This document shows positions 1 through 11,978 of a DNA stretch of 64,000 bases, piece after piece. Where the stretch lies: the NCBI GenBank assembly GCA_946965045.2, contig OX337229.1:3038001-3102000 (forward strand), in the 5' to 3' direction. Source of the stretch: Epithemia pelagica. Lineage: Eukaryota; Protista; Bacillariophyta. Numbering within the stretch: the stretch's first letter is position 1; each line of letters starts with the position of its first letter. The notes beneath the pieces are model-generated. The model was given only the letters and a program-made list of their open reading frames with translations, had not been told where the DNA came from and made no database searches. The translations under genes and the position numbers were made by a program.

Positions 1-516
1 GACATACTCTAGCCACGCGGGCCGTCCATAAGTATCCTTCGCCGTTTCGCGACTTCTCAACGCACCAGTCGCCTCTCTCACTTTTTCGGCGTCGCAGATT
101 CCCACTGAGCGGAGGCGGAAGCAATCAACTCACATTTGGTTTGACGAGGAGCATCGCAGGCCACTGAGTTGCTGCGCCATCCGAAGAAGTCATAGATTAG
201 TCGTCGGGAAGAGAAAAAGCGAAAGACCGTAGTCGTCGAATCCTTTGGATTGATTTTTGGTGAACGATTTTGGACCGGGTCTTGCTACTTTCATTGCTTC
301 CCACACTCAAGTCGGCCATTAGGAATCTTGGAAGCCGTTGTTGCAACAGATATATTCACAATCACGACTACTACATCGCCGGATTCACGTTCTGGCTTTC
401 CTGCTGAAAGGGAAAGGCCACCCGTTCCGTACTACCCCGTTGGTCGTTCGCCCGTGAAACGGCGGACATTAATTGGCAAGACGGCTTCTCCACTCAGTTA
501 CATCTTGCAGGCGGCG

Positions 517-1863
517 ATGGGGCAGTGTTCCACGCTGCCTGCGGAGGGATCAAGGCCCTCCTCCTCGGTTTCTTCCAGACTGGAATCGCTCCAAGCCCGC
601 GACCCAATCTACGCCGAACAACGGCATAGACTTCGGGACGAACGAGGAAGAGAAAGTCTCGACTTTAACAAACTTGTTCCCAACCAACAAAACTTTGACC
701 CAGAAATTTCAAAGGAAGAGGCGAAAGCCGCTGCACAACTTTCAAAGCTTGTAAAAGATGGGCCCAAGTCAGACATTGGCATGGTCCCTGTTCCAACAGA
801 GTCGACGACTCCTCCCAGACAGTCGCGTGATCTTGATGCCATGCGAGCCGCTGCGGATAGCCCTGTACCCATGGACACGGAGCAACGCGATGAAATGCCT
901 TCCATCTTCCACGAACCACCTCCGCCACCTCCAGAAAACGCCGTACGCACACGGTGCTACAAGCTCAACCTCGACTCGGAAATCGTTGGATTGTCGAGTA
1001 GCCAAAAGCAAGGAATCTGTTTGGGACCTTTCAGTGAACCACCTCCGTATCTTACCTACAGTTCCTCGGAAGACTCCGAAAAGGACATTACACCAACTGA
1101 TGTTGCAATCAAAACCGCACAAATCTTTCGAGGAATCACGGTCGGTCGTGATGGCACCATTCTTTCTCAGAACGCACGCGCCACCCGAAGCAACCGTGGA
1201 AAGGGAACCAAGCGAGGTGAGAAGTCTCGGCAAGCAGCAAAAATCGACAAGGCGAAGGACCTAGTGGAAGAAACCATTGCATCCGGAAAGGCACCCGACT
1301 CGGACGACCCCGCATCCATGGTATCTCTCATCGTGGTGGGTGAATACGACGACATGAAACACTTGGTCCGAGATGGTTCCAAGAAACTCCGGGACGCTGT
1401 TGGTCTCCCAGACTCTCACTTGACATCGATCAACCAACTCAGAGTAGCCGAACATCCATCTTCATCGACGGCCATTAGCCCCCGCAAGCGTGTCTCACCA
1501 AGTCTGGTCCATAGCCAACGCAATGCCGCCTTGCAAAGTCCCGAAAAGATCCAAGCCACTGGACCATCCACGTCCCAAACGGCCCCACCAAAGTTGAAAA
1601 GCAACCCTCGAGATACCCGACCTGGTCGAAGGGAAAATGCCAAGATGCGATTGGATTCCTGCAACGACTTTATTGACCCTCGCCGTCCTGGGGGTGCGGT
1701 GGATGGTGACTGGAGCCATGCCTGGAACATTTGGAATTGCGGTGGAGTTGGTGCCGTCAGTCCCTTTCAACCCAGCAGTCCGACGGACCGCTCTGTTTTC
1801 GAAGGGAGAGAAGCCTCTCACAACACCAACCGCGAAGGTGCGGTGACAACAAGAGCTGATTAA
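517..1863 (+). CDS. Uncharacterised protein with N-terminal MGQCS acylation motif (448 aa)
   Basis: Long open frame 250-1863. The first in-frame ATG at 517 follows a 3' splice-like 'catcttgcag' (probable 5'UTR intron). MGQCS fits N-myristoylation plus palmitoylation. No recognised domain. Confidence 0.75.
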   Translation: MGQCSTLPAEGSRPSSSVSSRLESLQARDPIYAEQRHRLRDERGRESLDFNKLVPNQQNFDPEISKEEAKAAAQLSKLVKDGPKSDIGMVPVPTESTTPPRQSRDLDAMRAAADSPVPMDTEQRDEMPSIFHEPPPPPPENAVRTRCYKLNLDSEIVGLSSSQKQGICLGPFSEPPPYLTYSSSEDSEKDITPTDVAIKTAQIFRGITVGRDGTILSQNARATRSNRGKGTKRGEKSRQAAKIDKAKDLVEETIASGKAPDSDDPASMVSLIVVGEYDDMKHLVRDGSKKLRDAVGLPDSHLTSINQLRVAEHPSSSTAISPRKRVSPSLVHSQRNAALQSPEKIQATGPSTSQTAPPKLKSNPRDTRPGRRENAKMRLDSCNDFIDPRRPGGAVDGDWSHAWNIWNCGGVGAVSPFQPSSPTDRSVFEGREASHNTNREGAVTTRAD

Positions 1864-2381
1864 ACAGCCATTCAATAAAAACTACCTTGAGAGAGCCACT
1901 GGTCATTTTGGACCCGTGCGTTTCTCTTCCTAACTGTCAAAGTAGACCAATATTTTTTATCTCCTAGTTTTTGTGTTCAATCCTTGTGTGTACAAGTTTG
2001 ATCGGTGACCCATCATAGCCATTTTGTCATTCTGTTCCAACTATTACCCGTGTACTAGTGCTGTTCATCTTTTCAGTCGAAAACCACTCGCATCAAGACA
2101 ACTAACAACGTACGTTACACGAACGTGACCTGGAGTTATGTCCTCATCGTCAAACTACCTGATTCTTTGAAATGGGTTTTCCCATGTTGAACCCATAATT
2201 CCCATTCTACAAATCATTTCTAGTTAGATACATTCATATGCGAGGTGGTAATGCAAAATATCTAAGGTAACCAAGAAGAGGCAGTGTTACCAATTTTACG
2301 CCCAAATTTCCTTAGCTATGGAGACCTCGTACCCCATGAATCCATCCATCTCTATCGAATTGCTCAAACATACTGGGTTGT

Positions 2382-3092
2382 TTAACGGACGTAGATGGAG
2401 CTGTAATGTAACAAGAGAGAAGTTAGAATGCGCAATCAAAAGATTGCCATCACCTGGGCAGATCTTAAACTTACGCAGCAGATGTTCGGACTCGGTAGTC
2501 GTAATCACTGGAGTATCCTTGTCCGTAGGAGTTGGTCACTGATGGCAAGCCAGAGATGCCGTTGGCGGAAACATATGTGTCGTAGGCCTTTTTGACGGCA
2601 GCCTTGTCACCCGCACGAATTCCGGCAAAGATGGCATTGGTTTGTGCAATGGCATCGGCCTTGGCGGTCTTGTCGACGACACGTGGGTAAGCACCCGAGT
2701 TGAAAAGAATAAAGGCATTCTTTTCGTCGGCAATGGCGGCAAAGTCACCGGCATCCACAGCAGTCTTCAAGGCGGCAATGCGGTTTCCGTACACACCCTT
2801 GGCACGTTGCATGGTGGCGGCAGAGACGGCACCATCGGCAAAGGCGAGTTGAGGGACAGCGGCCACAGTGGCGGCACCGGCGGCGATTTGGCCAACGGCA
2901 GCACGACGGTCCACCGACTATATACAACACAGGAATCGGTACAAGAAACGATTTGGAATGGAACAAAAGGCAAGCATGAGGAGTGGTCCTGTCGCGGGAC
3001 ATTGCAGTAAAATTGACAGCCCTAGTACATACCGGAGAGAAGGCGGCGGCAGAGGAAGCCAAGAGAGCACAGACGACGGCAGAGAACTTCAT
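2382..3092 (-). CDS. psb31: Photosystem II extrinsic protein Psb31 (diatom), 3 exons
   Basis: Exon 1 MKFSAVVCALLASSAAAFSP (bipartite signal, 3092-3033), then a GTATGT intron. Exon 2 ...DRRAAVGQIAAG..PQLAFA|DGAVSAATMQRAKGVYGNRIAALK...NAFILFNSGAYP...GQGYSSDYDYRVRTSAA. A GTAAGT intron (2474-2401) precedes exon 3, giving the C-terminus SIYVR* that matches the Psb31 end as I recall it. Confidence 0.93.
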
Positions 3093-3329
3093 GGTGTTGA
3101 TTGTGTAGATGGATGAAGTTGTGATGCACTAATTTGCGACCGGTCCTGAAAGATCGCACGAGGAACCACTTCAAGCATGGAGTCAACAGCGATTTATCAG
3201 CGAATCTGTGCGATTTGGTTTCGCGAGACTCGAAACAGCCACCGAAACGCGATCCTAACGTGACTCCAGTCTGTCACGGGCATCACGAACACCGTCGACA
3301 CATTCGCCCACAAAGAACAACATATCACC

Positions 3330-5546
3330 ATGTCGGACGGCAACGGCACTCGGTCTCCTCTTCATCCTCCTGCTCCACACAACAATCATGCGGCGGTAGT
3401 ATCCGATCAAGAGAACAATCATCCGTTCCGGGTACAAGGAATTGCTTTTGTCGTAGACCAGAAGGGAAAGGAACCGAAATTGGTCTTTCGATATCCGCCC
3501 ACTCCTCCCCAAGGAATCAGCGACGAAGAAGATTTGTTCTTTCGAATGGATTCCAGGCAAATGGCCAAACTATTTCGTCCTAAATCGTCTCTTTGCGGGG
3601 AACCAGTGACACTATCCGTGGGAGTTACCATTTTTTGTTGTCGAGCCGTCTTGTTGGAGCAGCAAGATCCGACGGATGACCACCCGGACGATCCCCCCGT
3701 GGAACTCTTTAGCATCATTGTTGCCTTGGTTCCGCGAGCACGAGAACCGTCCATGACGACCAACAATGCCGGGGGATGGTACGAAGAAGAACGAAATATA
3801 CAAGGCATCTGGGGAGGATCCACACAGCCATCGTCCAACCACCACTCTTCCAAGGTGTGGGCCTCCTTGTTGGCCGTCGTTCGCGTTCACGTCTCACTGG
3901 CACGTATTTGTCCCATCCTCGAGCAAGAAGAAGCCAACTGTCACTATGTCACGTTACAAACTAAACTCTGCCTCGATACACGCAAATCCTTTCGGATTTC
4001 CCCACCCTCGTCATCACCGTCCGGAGAATCTGCGGCCACTCCCAGTGTGGTGGTTCCAACCGTTTCGTCGCTTCGACCACCCTCTCGAAACAGTCAACTT
4101 TCATCCAATGCGTCGATGGATCATTGGTCCAACAATAATCGACCCCCTTGGACCGATTCGGCCGACGGTCTGGCCACAGAGGTGGAAACCGCCATGCGGG
4201 ACCAAGAAACCTTGGATGCGATCGTGTCGGCTCCCGCCCCCGTGGACTCGCGTACGGGTGTGACGCATCAAGGCAATTTGGTTCGAGAATTGATTCATTT
4301 GTTCCATGCCTTGGGGCGGAACGAAGATGAGTATGCTCCTACTCCTCTCATGCTCCTGGGAGGAGAAGGCGTGGTCCATGTCAATGGTCACATTGCCGTG
4401 GCCGTCGAAGCAGTGGCTCCCCGGACTCTGGGAGATCGGGAAACTGGACAAGTCGTACGGCCGTACCAGACCTTGCTCTTCCCCCATACATCCACCCAAG
4501 ATCTGTTGGAGGCGCTCTCCTCTTCCACTTTGTCCTCGTCGTCGTCGTCTTCTTCTTCAACATGCTCTTCCTTGTCGCCTCCCCCACAGGTGCATCAATT
4601 TCTTCGGGCGGCAACTCCCCGCAAATCCCTGGTGGACATTGCCAAGGATGCTGGATTGCCCCTGGAAAAAACCATGGAAATTGCCAATTATCTCGTCCAA
4701 CAAGGAGTCAGTTTGTCGTCCAGTGTCTTGACCGGACACTGTCGATTGGCCAGTGTTGGCATGCAACCCATTCACACTGCCACCTTGCCCTTTTCCTACA
4801 CTTTTGGATTTGATGTCCATGTTTTTCAGTTGGTGGCCTTTTTGACCACGCCTGGCTGGACTCTGGGAGAAGCGGTACAGGCCTTGGTATCCAGTAGTCC
4901 CCAATCATCATTGGAGGCCCAACAATTGCGAACCAAACTTGAAAGCTGTCTCGCGCTCCGACCAGCACGCAACCACAACAACAACACAAACTCCGCCACG
5001 GAGGACCAGGACAAACTCACTGCGTCGTCGTCTGCCCCGGTGGTGGGTGCAGCGTCCTGGAAATTGCCACCAGCACCAGGAACCGTGGAGGAGGCCTTGG
5101 TCGATCTCTTGTACGATATGGTGGCGTGGTTGTGTGGACATCGTGTCGTGACGCACCTGCAGGAATATTTGGTGGAATCCACCTTTGGCTCGGAAGGGAC
5201 CATTCCTCATTCTCTCACGACAACAACGACAACAACAACAACAACAAGTACAACGGGAGAATCCAACAACAACACTGCCTCGTCCTCCTTGTACCACGAG
5301 TTGCGGGCGGCCGATGGCTTGTCGGGTCGAGCCTCGCTTCCCGCCTTGTCGTGGCGATTGGGAGTGTCGGTCGACCGCTTGCGGTCGTGGGTGTTGGACC
5401 AGAACAAGAAGGATTCTTCCAACAGTAGTAGTCTTTGTATTCGAACCCGTCCCTCGGCGCCGGGAGACGATTGGATTCCCGTCACCATGGATCCCAAAGC
5501 CGTCCTTCAAGAACTTCGACAGACACCACCCACATTCGCGTCGTGA
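3330..5546 (+). CDS. NPRL3: NPRL3/Npr3-like GATOR1 subunit
   Basis: N-terminal longin-like motifs GIAFVVDQKGKEPKLVFRYP and MAKLFRPKSSLCGEPVTLSV, plus a central VRPYQTLLF, all typical of the Npr3 family. 738-aa single ORF. Confidence 0.78.
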   Translation: MSDGNGTRSPLHPPAPHNNHAAVVSDQENNHPFRVQGIAFVVDQKGKEPKLVFRYPPTPPQGISDEEDLFFRMDSRQMAKLFRPKSSLCGEPVTLSVGVTIFCCRAVLLEQQDPTDDHPDDPPVELFSIIVALVPRAREPSMTTNNAGGWYEEERNIQGIWGGSTQPSSNHHSSKVWASLLAVVRVHVSLARICPILEQEEANCHYVTLQTKLCLDTRKSFRISPPSSSPSGESAATPSVVVPTVSSLRPPSRNSQLSSNASMDHWSNNNRPPWTDSADGLATEVETAMRDQETLDAIVSAPAPVDSRTGVTHQGNLVRELIHLFHALGRNEDEYAPTPLMLLGGEGVVHVNGHIAVAVEAVAPRTLGDRETGQVVRPYQTLLFPHTSTQDLLEALSSSTLSSSSSSSSSTCSSLSPPPQVHQFLRAATPRKSLVDIAKDAGLPLEKTMEIANYLVQQGVSLSSSVLTGHCRLASVGMQPIHTATLPFSYTFGFDVHVFQLVAFLTTPGWTLGEAVQALVSSSPQSSLEAQQLRTKLESCLALRPARNHNNNTNSATEDQDKLTASSSAPVVGAASWKLPPAPGTVEEALVDLLYDMVAWLCGHRVVTHLQEYLVESTFGSEGTIPHSLTTTTTTTTTTSTTGESNNNTASSSLYHELRAADGLSGRASLPALSWRLGVSVDRLRSWVLDQNKKDSSNSSSLCIRTRPSAPGDDWIPVTMDPKAVLQELRQTPPTFAS

Positions 5547-6805
5547 GACCGACACGAGACGTTTTTTTGGGTTTGCGTGTGCACTGGACACTGCGAACGA
5601 AAAAACACCACTGGAGTTCGACTCGACGCAACGTCTCTAGAGGTAGTGGAGTGTCTACCTACCTAGAAGGCACCAAGAGGGATACTCGTTTGGATGCCAC
5701 CAAAACTACGACACAGATTGCCAAGCTATACAATCTACTCTGATTGAAAGACTTGTGTGTGTGTCGTTCGAAGCCGCAATCATGGATACTGCCTTCCTTG
5801 CTTCTCCTGGGGCCATGGATCGAGGGCTGAACGAGCTTATTGACACGCACTTGTCGTCTGGAGGATGGACCAAGCGCGGTGAACTACCTACCTAGTTTCT
5901 GTGGAGAATTTGGAATGGTATCCTCCATCATGGAGGATACCATATGCCATGCGGTGTCACCGTGCTCTCTGTGCTAGCTAGGAGTACCACTCATTATTTG
6001 TTCGTTCATAAAACTGTAGCAAAATCGTTTGAATGACAAGATTCATGTTTTTCTAGAATTTCGAATGGCATTGGGAGCAGTATGGATAGTGGTGTTCTAG
6101 TCGGAACGATACTATCCATCCAAGCATTATTTCTCTTTCTATTATTTTTGTGAGAGGGCACAATGGGTTGTGTTCTGCGTAGGTAGATACGAGAGTGGGA
6201 ATGAGTTTCCAATGGTTTGAATGAGACTTCCTTGGGAACAGTAGTGGGAGTTGCAACCAAACAACCAATCCAAACATCACCGAGAGCACATGTAGATTCG
6301 CGCGAAGATCCTCCATGGCGGGCAGTGGTCTGTTTGTAATTTGTGAGGACGTGTGTGTCGTGTGGCCGTTGGCTGGGTGCGACACCCAGACTCTCTCTCA
6401 CTACGTAGTTATTTTTGTCAAAACCGTTATGGGTCGTAAGTAGTTGTTTCGTTGTTGGAATCGTTTCGTCCCGATGGATCGTCTGACACGAGTCCAGGAA
6501 TACTTAGCAGCAATCCCATAAAGTCGAACCGACGGCGCCGGCTGGCATCCGTGTGTGTGTGCTTGGCTCCCACCGCCGTTGACGCACTACAGCCCGTGTT
6601 CTGGTTCTCTCTTTGGATCTCTTTCTTGTTGTTGGCGCTCTTCTGTTGTTGTGGATTGTGTGGATATATTTTATATTAATTGGTAATTGGATCGTTTGTA
6701 CGTTCCTTGAATTATCACCAAGGGGAGAACATTGTCATCCTTCACACTAGAGCTGGATCGATTCGTTCGACACTACTGGACTGATCCTCCCGGATTGCGG
6801 ATTCT

Positions 6806-9273
6806 TTGGCCAGTCCACCAATAACCATGACGACCACCACCATGGCATCGTCCTCCAACCCACCCACGGCACGACAAGCCTATTTGCAACATTTGCAAAG
6901 CAAGAGTCAGCCATCCATGGCTGGTGGAGGATTTCCAAACAATACTACTACTACCAATCCTCTCAACAACAATCACAACAATCCAAACAACAACAACAAC
7001 ACTCAACAACCTCCCTCCTCCACGGTACCCGTTTGGAAACAACGATTGAGAAATCGGGAACAGCAAGTTCCCCGAACCAAACCGACAACAACAACAACGA
7101 CACCAAAAGCAGCAGCAGCATCACAATCCCATGGCGGAGCAGCCCCTCCTCCACCACCACCGCCGCCACCACCACCCCAATCCGAAGCCAGCAACGAATC
7201 GCCCACGCTCGTTTCACCCAGCCTGGCGCCCAGTCCGTCGTCGTATACACCCTTGTCGTCCTTGAGTGGCAGCCATAAAAGCGGTGGTCGCAAACACTGG
7301 CTCGGATCCGTTGTACAGGAGCCGGAATCTCCCTTTGCCACGCCCCTCTCATCCACTCGCAACCATCACAACAACAACCACAACAACAACAATAGTCGAG
7401 GCGCCACCCACGACGATTCCCTGGCTGGAATGGGCAACCACAACAGTACGACTCATCAGCATCACCAACCACCCCGCTTTGGCTTTTTTCAAGCCACCTC
7501 TCCCAACCCCAAACGGAGTAGTAGTTTGGTATCCGAAAAGAGTCAGGCGTCGCTCAAGGCACTGGCCTCCAAGGATCCCAGTGACGATACGCATACCACC
7601 TGGATGAGTAGCAGCCACGCCAGTCTCGAAGACGACACCACCACGGAAGGAGGAGGAGGAGGCGTTGTGCGGGCTTCCACAGACCCACAACCACAAGAAC
7701 GCGAAGACGAGGTGGACCGCACCGGCTTTGGCAGCTCCCAAACCAGTGTCACGGCCAAGTGGCAAGAACTCATTCGACAAAAACAAGACAAGCATCACAG
7801 TAGTCACAGTCGACAACCATCATCCAAGATGCAATCGCCCTTGGCACGACAGGAACGCAAGACCATGACCAGAAATAGCTTGGTGGAACAGCAACCTTCC
7901 AAACCAGAGGACCACCAACTCGTGGGTCCACCGACTCTCACTCGTCCCTTGTGGAAGCAACAACAACCACAACCGATGGAACAACCACCAAAGGGCCCTT
8001 CCTCCTGGTTTGGCTCTCCGGATCGCTCGTCCCACGACCGGTTTCCACTTCAAGACGACGAAGCAGAACACGAGTCTCCCGATCGATCCATGTCACGAAT
8101 CATGGTGCCCTTTTTCGATAGTGAAACCAAGCAAGAGGAGGACCCGGTACCACAGGGAGAAGAACACGAAGAAGGAGAACACGCCGTGGTGGTGGCCGAT
8201 CCCCAGGCACTGGAAGAAGATGCCGACTTTGATAATGTGGTCCAGACCTTGGCCGTCTCGGTGGGAACTTCACTCCAAGATTTGGAGGATCCTTGTAATA
8301 CAACTACATGGACGGTCCATCCTGACTTGTTGTGGGACATGATTCGCGATTGCGAAGAACGATGGAAGGACTCGGCCACGGTCCACCGACCCGTTCCCAA
8401 TTCGCCCTTGGCTTACCTGCAATTTTCCCCGACGGAATCGGAACAAACCAAATTGCTTAGCTTGCAACAAGCGGAAATTGCCGACTTAAGGGCCCAATTG
8501 ACGCAGTATTCGATGGCTCCCAAAACCCAAGCCGCCGTCCGAGACCAACAGCAACGACTACAACAACAACTGTTGCCCGACCAAGCCCCCGATACACCAT
8601 CCTCGTCGGGACCGGCCGCCTCCACGGTCTCACCCGTGGAATTGATTGATTCCGTCCCCATTGAACACATTGAAGTGGCCGTCATGGACGATCACGATGT
8701 TTGTTCCGTCACGTCCGGATTGACCAATTTGCAAGATTTGACCACCCGTGTCGTGGGGGGTGGGAATGGTGGTATCGGCGACGATGCGCACTCGTCGTCG
8801 GCGACGGATCCCTTTTTTGGACATCAGGAACCCAAGAGTCCCGCCGATCGCTTGGCCTCGTCGTCGACGAATATTGTTCGACGGGCGGCGGTGGAATTGC
8901 ATGCCGCCGATGGATCCCATCGCAAGGCGTGGTATACCGGTCCCGTCGTGGCCAATGGCCAGTATACCGGCTTTGGATACTTTGAATTTCCCGGTACGGG
9001 CGATGTCTACAAGGGAGAAGTCCACAATGGCAAAATGCACGGACAAGGCACCTATACCTATGCCACCAAACAACAACCACAAGGACGACGACCCCGACGA
9101 GGCAATTCAAAAAAGAATACTACACCCAAGGTACTCCGAGGAAGATTTGAAAACAATGTCTTTGGTACGTGGTGCAGGAACCAGGAAGATGCGGAATCGC
9201 GTTTGGTTGCAGAGTGCAGAGACTGATTGTTCTCACACACATGTTTGTGCTCCTGTTTCGTGCAGTCGGCTAG
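6806..9273 (+). CDS. Low-complexity protein with a short coiled coil and C-terminal MORN-like repeats
   Basis: 806-codon ORF with poly-N/T/P tracts. C-terminal WYTGPV..NGQYTGFGYFEF..GDVYKGEVHNGKMHGQGTYTY (MORN consensus). A probable intron 9165-9265 (GTACGT..TGCAG) gives the end NNVFVG*. Confidence 0.75.
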
Positions 9274-9914
9274 AGGACACGCAGAGGATTGAGAACACGT
9301 GAGACAAGTGACATGTGTCATTGTCCGTCCGTTTCGATACAGTGTGGGATTGAGGAAAGAGCTCCAACGTTGTAAGAAACAAACGGATACGGAACGTGTC
9401 GTCGTCGTCATCGTTCTTGCGGCGGCATTGGTGATTCATCTAACATGTATCCCGAACCTAGGCGATGCGAACTCTTGAGACGACTGGATCCTATACTCTA
9501 GAGACACATTGGACTCTGGAAGCACAAGGCATGACTCGAATCTCCTGCACCAAGAAGTTCCCAACCGTATTCCGTGAATGCATCATGAGTTGAGGGAAGA
9601 TGGAAATGTCGATGCTTTGTAGCAGGAACCAGTCGATACAGTTCTGCTGTCGCTCAGATCAGAAAAAATGTTTGTCTTTTGACGTCAAGACGAGGACGTC
9701 CAAAGGTAGTCATCCGCTTTCTTGATCATGCCTAGTACATGAATGAATGAAACTAATAAAGTATACATTGTTTTCAATTCATTGAACTAAGATGCAAGAA
9801 TGGATCTTTTTTTATCCGCTGGAAGTTATAGTGACTGATTCTCTTGGCCGGAATCCGGCACCACTACAATCATTTTTTTGCGTAAGACACTACCTCCATG
9901 TCCTCTGTTTTTTG

Positions 9915-11978
9915 TTATCCCGATCCACACATGCAACAACTGCACGTTTCGGGTGTACACGTGGCTCGGACATCTTGGAGGGATTCCAAGGCACAAAACT
10001 CGTTGGAAATGGATCGATTCAATTGGGTGCCCACGACATTGAGGGTTTGCAGGTTGGTCAATTGGACAAATTCGCTCGGCAAGCTGCCCGTGACGGCCGA
10101 TCCCTGCAAATACAGGCCCAATAAGGAATTGGACAAGCGGGCCAATTCCGTGGGAATCGTCCCGTGCAAACCCGTCAAGAATTGCAAATCCAACACTTGG
10201 AGACGGGTCAACCGACCCAATTCGGTGGGAATGGTGGACTGCAATCGATTCGTGGACAAGGACAAGAACTGCAAGTCGGCCAAATTCCCCAATTCCGTGG
10301 GAATGGTCCCCACCAATCCCGACGACGCATCATCGTCGGATCCACCAAGATTCAAGGATTGCAAGGTGGTACAGGCTCCAATCGAGGTGGGAATCGTGCC
10401 TTGAAACTGGCTAAAGCCGGCACTCAAGGTGGTCAAGTGAGTCAAGTGCGTCAAGGTATCCGGCAAGGATCCCGTGCAGGACGTCCCACCCACTTGAAAG
10501 ACGGCCAATTGCGGCCAATGGGCCAACAAACGAAAGGCATTGCCCACCAAATGTTCATTGGAGGACAAATCCAAGTGCTCCAAGTGGACCAATTGATCCA
10601 AGGCCCCCTTTGACACATTATTATAATTGCCAGTCGTTGGATTCCAAGGGACGGCTTTTTGCAACCAATTGCTGCTCAAATCCAACCGTTTCAATCCGGT
10701 CCATTGTCCCACGGTACCAAAGTCCACGTGGGACAAGCGATTAAAGGACACATCGAGTGAGGTCAAGGCTGGCAAGTGGGCCCATGCCGATGGAATGGAT
10801 CCCTGGAGGGCATGGCTGGCCAAGCCCAATTCTTGCAAGTGGTGCAAGGTAGCCACTATGGAGGGCAAGGTGCCCACAATGGAAACGCCGGAATCGTCCC
10901 GATTCAAGGCGAGAGATGTGACTTGTTGATGCTCGTTGCACCCAATTCCCACCCAATCGCATTCGTGTTCCGGTGCCGCCAAGACTTGGGGTGATTCTTC
11001 TTGTGGTTGCTCTGGTTGCTCGGGTTGTGTCGTTGTTGTTGTCGTTGTCCAGGAATTGGAAGTATGATGGGGTTTCAAGGCATGACGACTAGTGGCACTG
11101 AGCCATCCATCGCGGGGTAACAAGACCCAGTGCGGACCAGACCATTCAAAATACAAGGTGGCCAAGGTAAAGCGTTGCAGCACGACATCATGATCGTCGT
11201 CCCACTCTGGTTCATTGTCGTCCTCCACAATGGTGTGAAACAAGGACTGTCGCAAGGGATCATCCAACACCATCCATTGCAAGGCATGCCACATGGGAGA
11301 TCCGGGTGTAAACCACAAGGCCGTGTCGGCGGCGACTGTACTAGCAGTACCATTGGCCAAGAAGGAAGCATTCGTAGTACCGTCCCCGAGTATCCCACCA
11401 TGGACTTGGTGCACGACATGGTTGCGCAAGCGCAACCAATACGCTTGTGTTTCCGACCGACTCAGAACTTGGTCCACAGACGACTCGGTGGTAGTTTGAT
11501 GATGCTGCGAAACAATGAGGAGGGACACGCCAATCACCAATGTCACGAGACTGGTACAAAACTGCAAGGCAACCGTACACGGAAAGGACTGTTTGCTTTT
11601 GCGACTGGAAAACCACCACCACCAACAGCAACACGCCGCGTCGTCCGCATCATCATCATCATTCTGCAAACACAAGACACCACTGTGTCGAGAGCCCGAG
11701 GCCGACTGCGACGGAGGAGCAAGATCCACCGTGGTCGTGGTCGTCGTCGTTGTAGGAGTACCGTCGGGAATGCGAGTCACTGTGGCCGTCGCCGTGAGCG
11801 GAGCCGGTGGTGCTTGTTCGGGTGTGGGAGGCACGGAACCCGAGGACGGTGTAGCAGCAGCAGCAGCAGGTCCTTCGTCCCCCACGACCGCGGGAGAAGA
11901 CGACGACAATGGTGGGGGTGGTTCCAGACGAGCCATGGTGGCTGGCATCATATCCATGGTGGCAAAACAAAACGACAA
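9915..11978 (-). CDS. Type II membrane leucine-rich-repeat receptor-like protein (no kinase domain)
   Basis: Single hydrophobic segment (SLVTLVIGVSLLIVS), then LQRFTLATLYF and ECDWVGIGCN LRR N-cap motifs. About 11 plant-type LRRs (LxxLxxLxLxxNxLxGxIPxELG) and a Cys C-cap. Confidence 0.9.
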   Translation of the reverse strand: MSFCFATMDMMPATMARLEPPPPLSSSSPAVVGDEGPAAAAATPSSGSVPPTPEQAPPAPLTATATVTRIPDGTPTTTTTTTTVDLAPPSQSASGSRHSGVLCLQNDDDDADDAACCCWWWWFSSRKSKQSFPCTVALQFCTSLVTLVIGVSLLIVSQHHQTTTESSVDQVLSRSETQAYWLRLRNHVVHQVHGGILGDGTTNASFLANGTASTVAADTALWFTPGSPMWHALQWMVLDDPLRQSLFHTIVEDDNEPEWDDDHDVVLQRFTLATLYFEWSGPHWVLLPRDGWLSATSRHALKPHHTSNSWTTTTTTTQPEQPEQPQEESPQVLAAPEHECDWVGIGCNEHQQVTSLALNRDDSGVSIVGTLPSIVATLHHLQELGLASHALQGSIPSAWAHLPALTSLDVSFNRLSHVDFGTVGQWTGLKRLDLSSNWLQKAVPWNPTTGNYNNVSKGALDQLVHLEHLDLSSNEHLVGNAFRLLAHWPQLAVFQVGGTSCTGSLPDTLTHLTHLTTLSAGFSQFQGTIPTSIGACTTLQSLNLGGSDDDASSGLVGTIPTELGNLADLQFLSLSTNRLQSTIPTELGRLTRLQVLDLQFLTGLHGTIPTELARLSNSLLGLYLQGSAVTGSLPSEFVQLTNLQTLNVVGTQLNRSISNEFCALESLQDVRATCTPETCSCCMCGSG

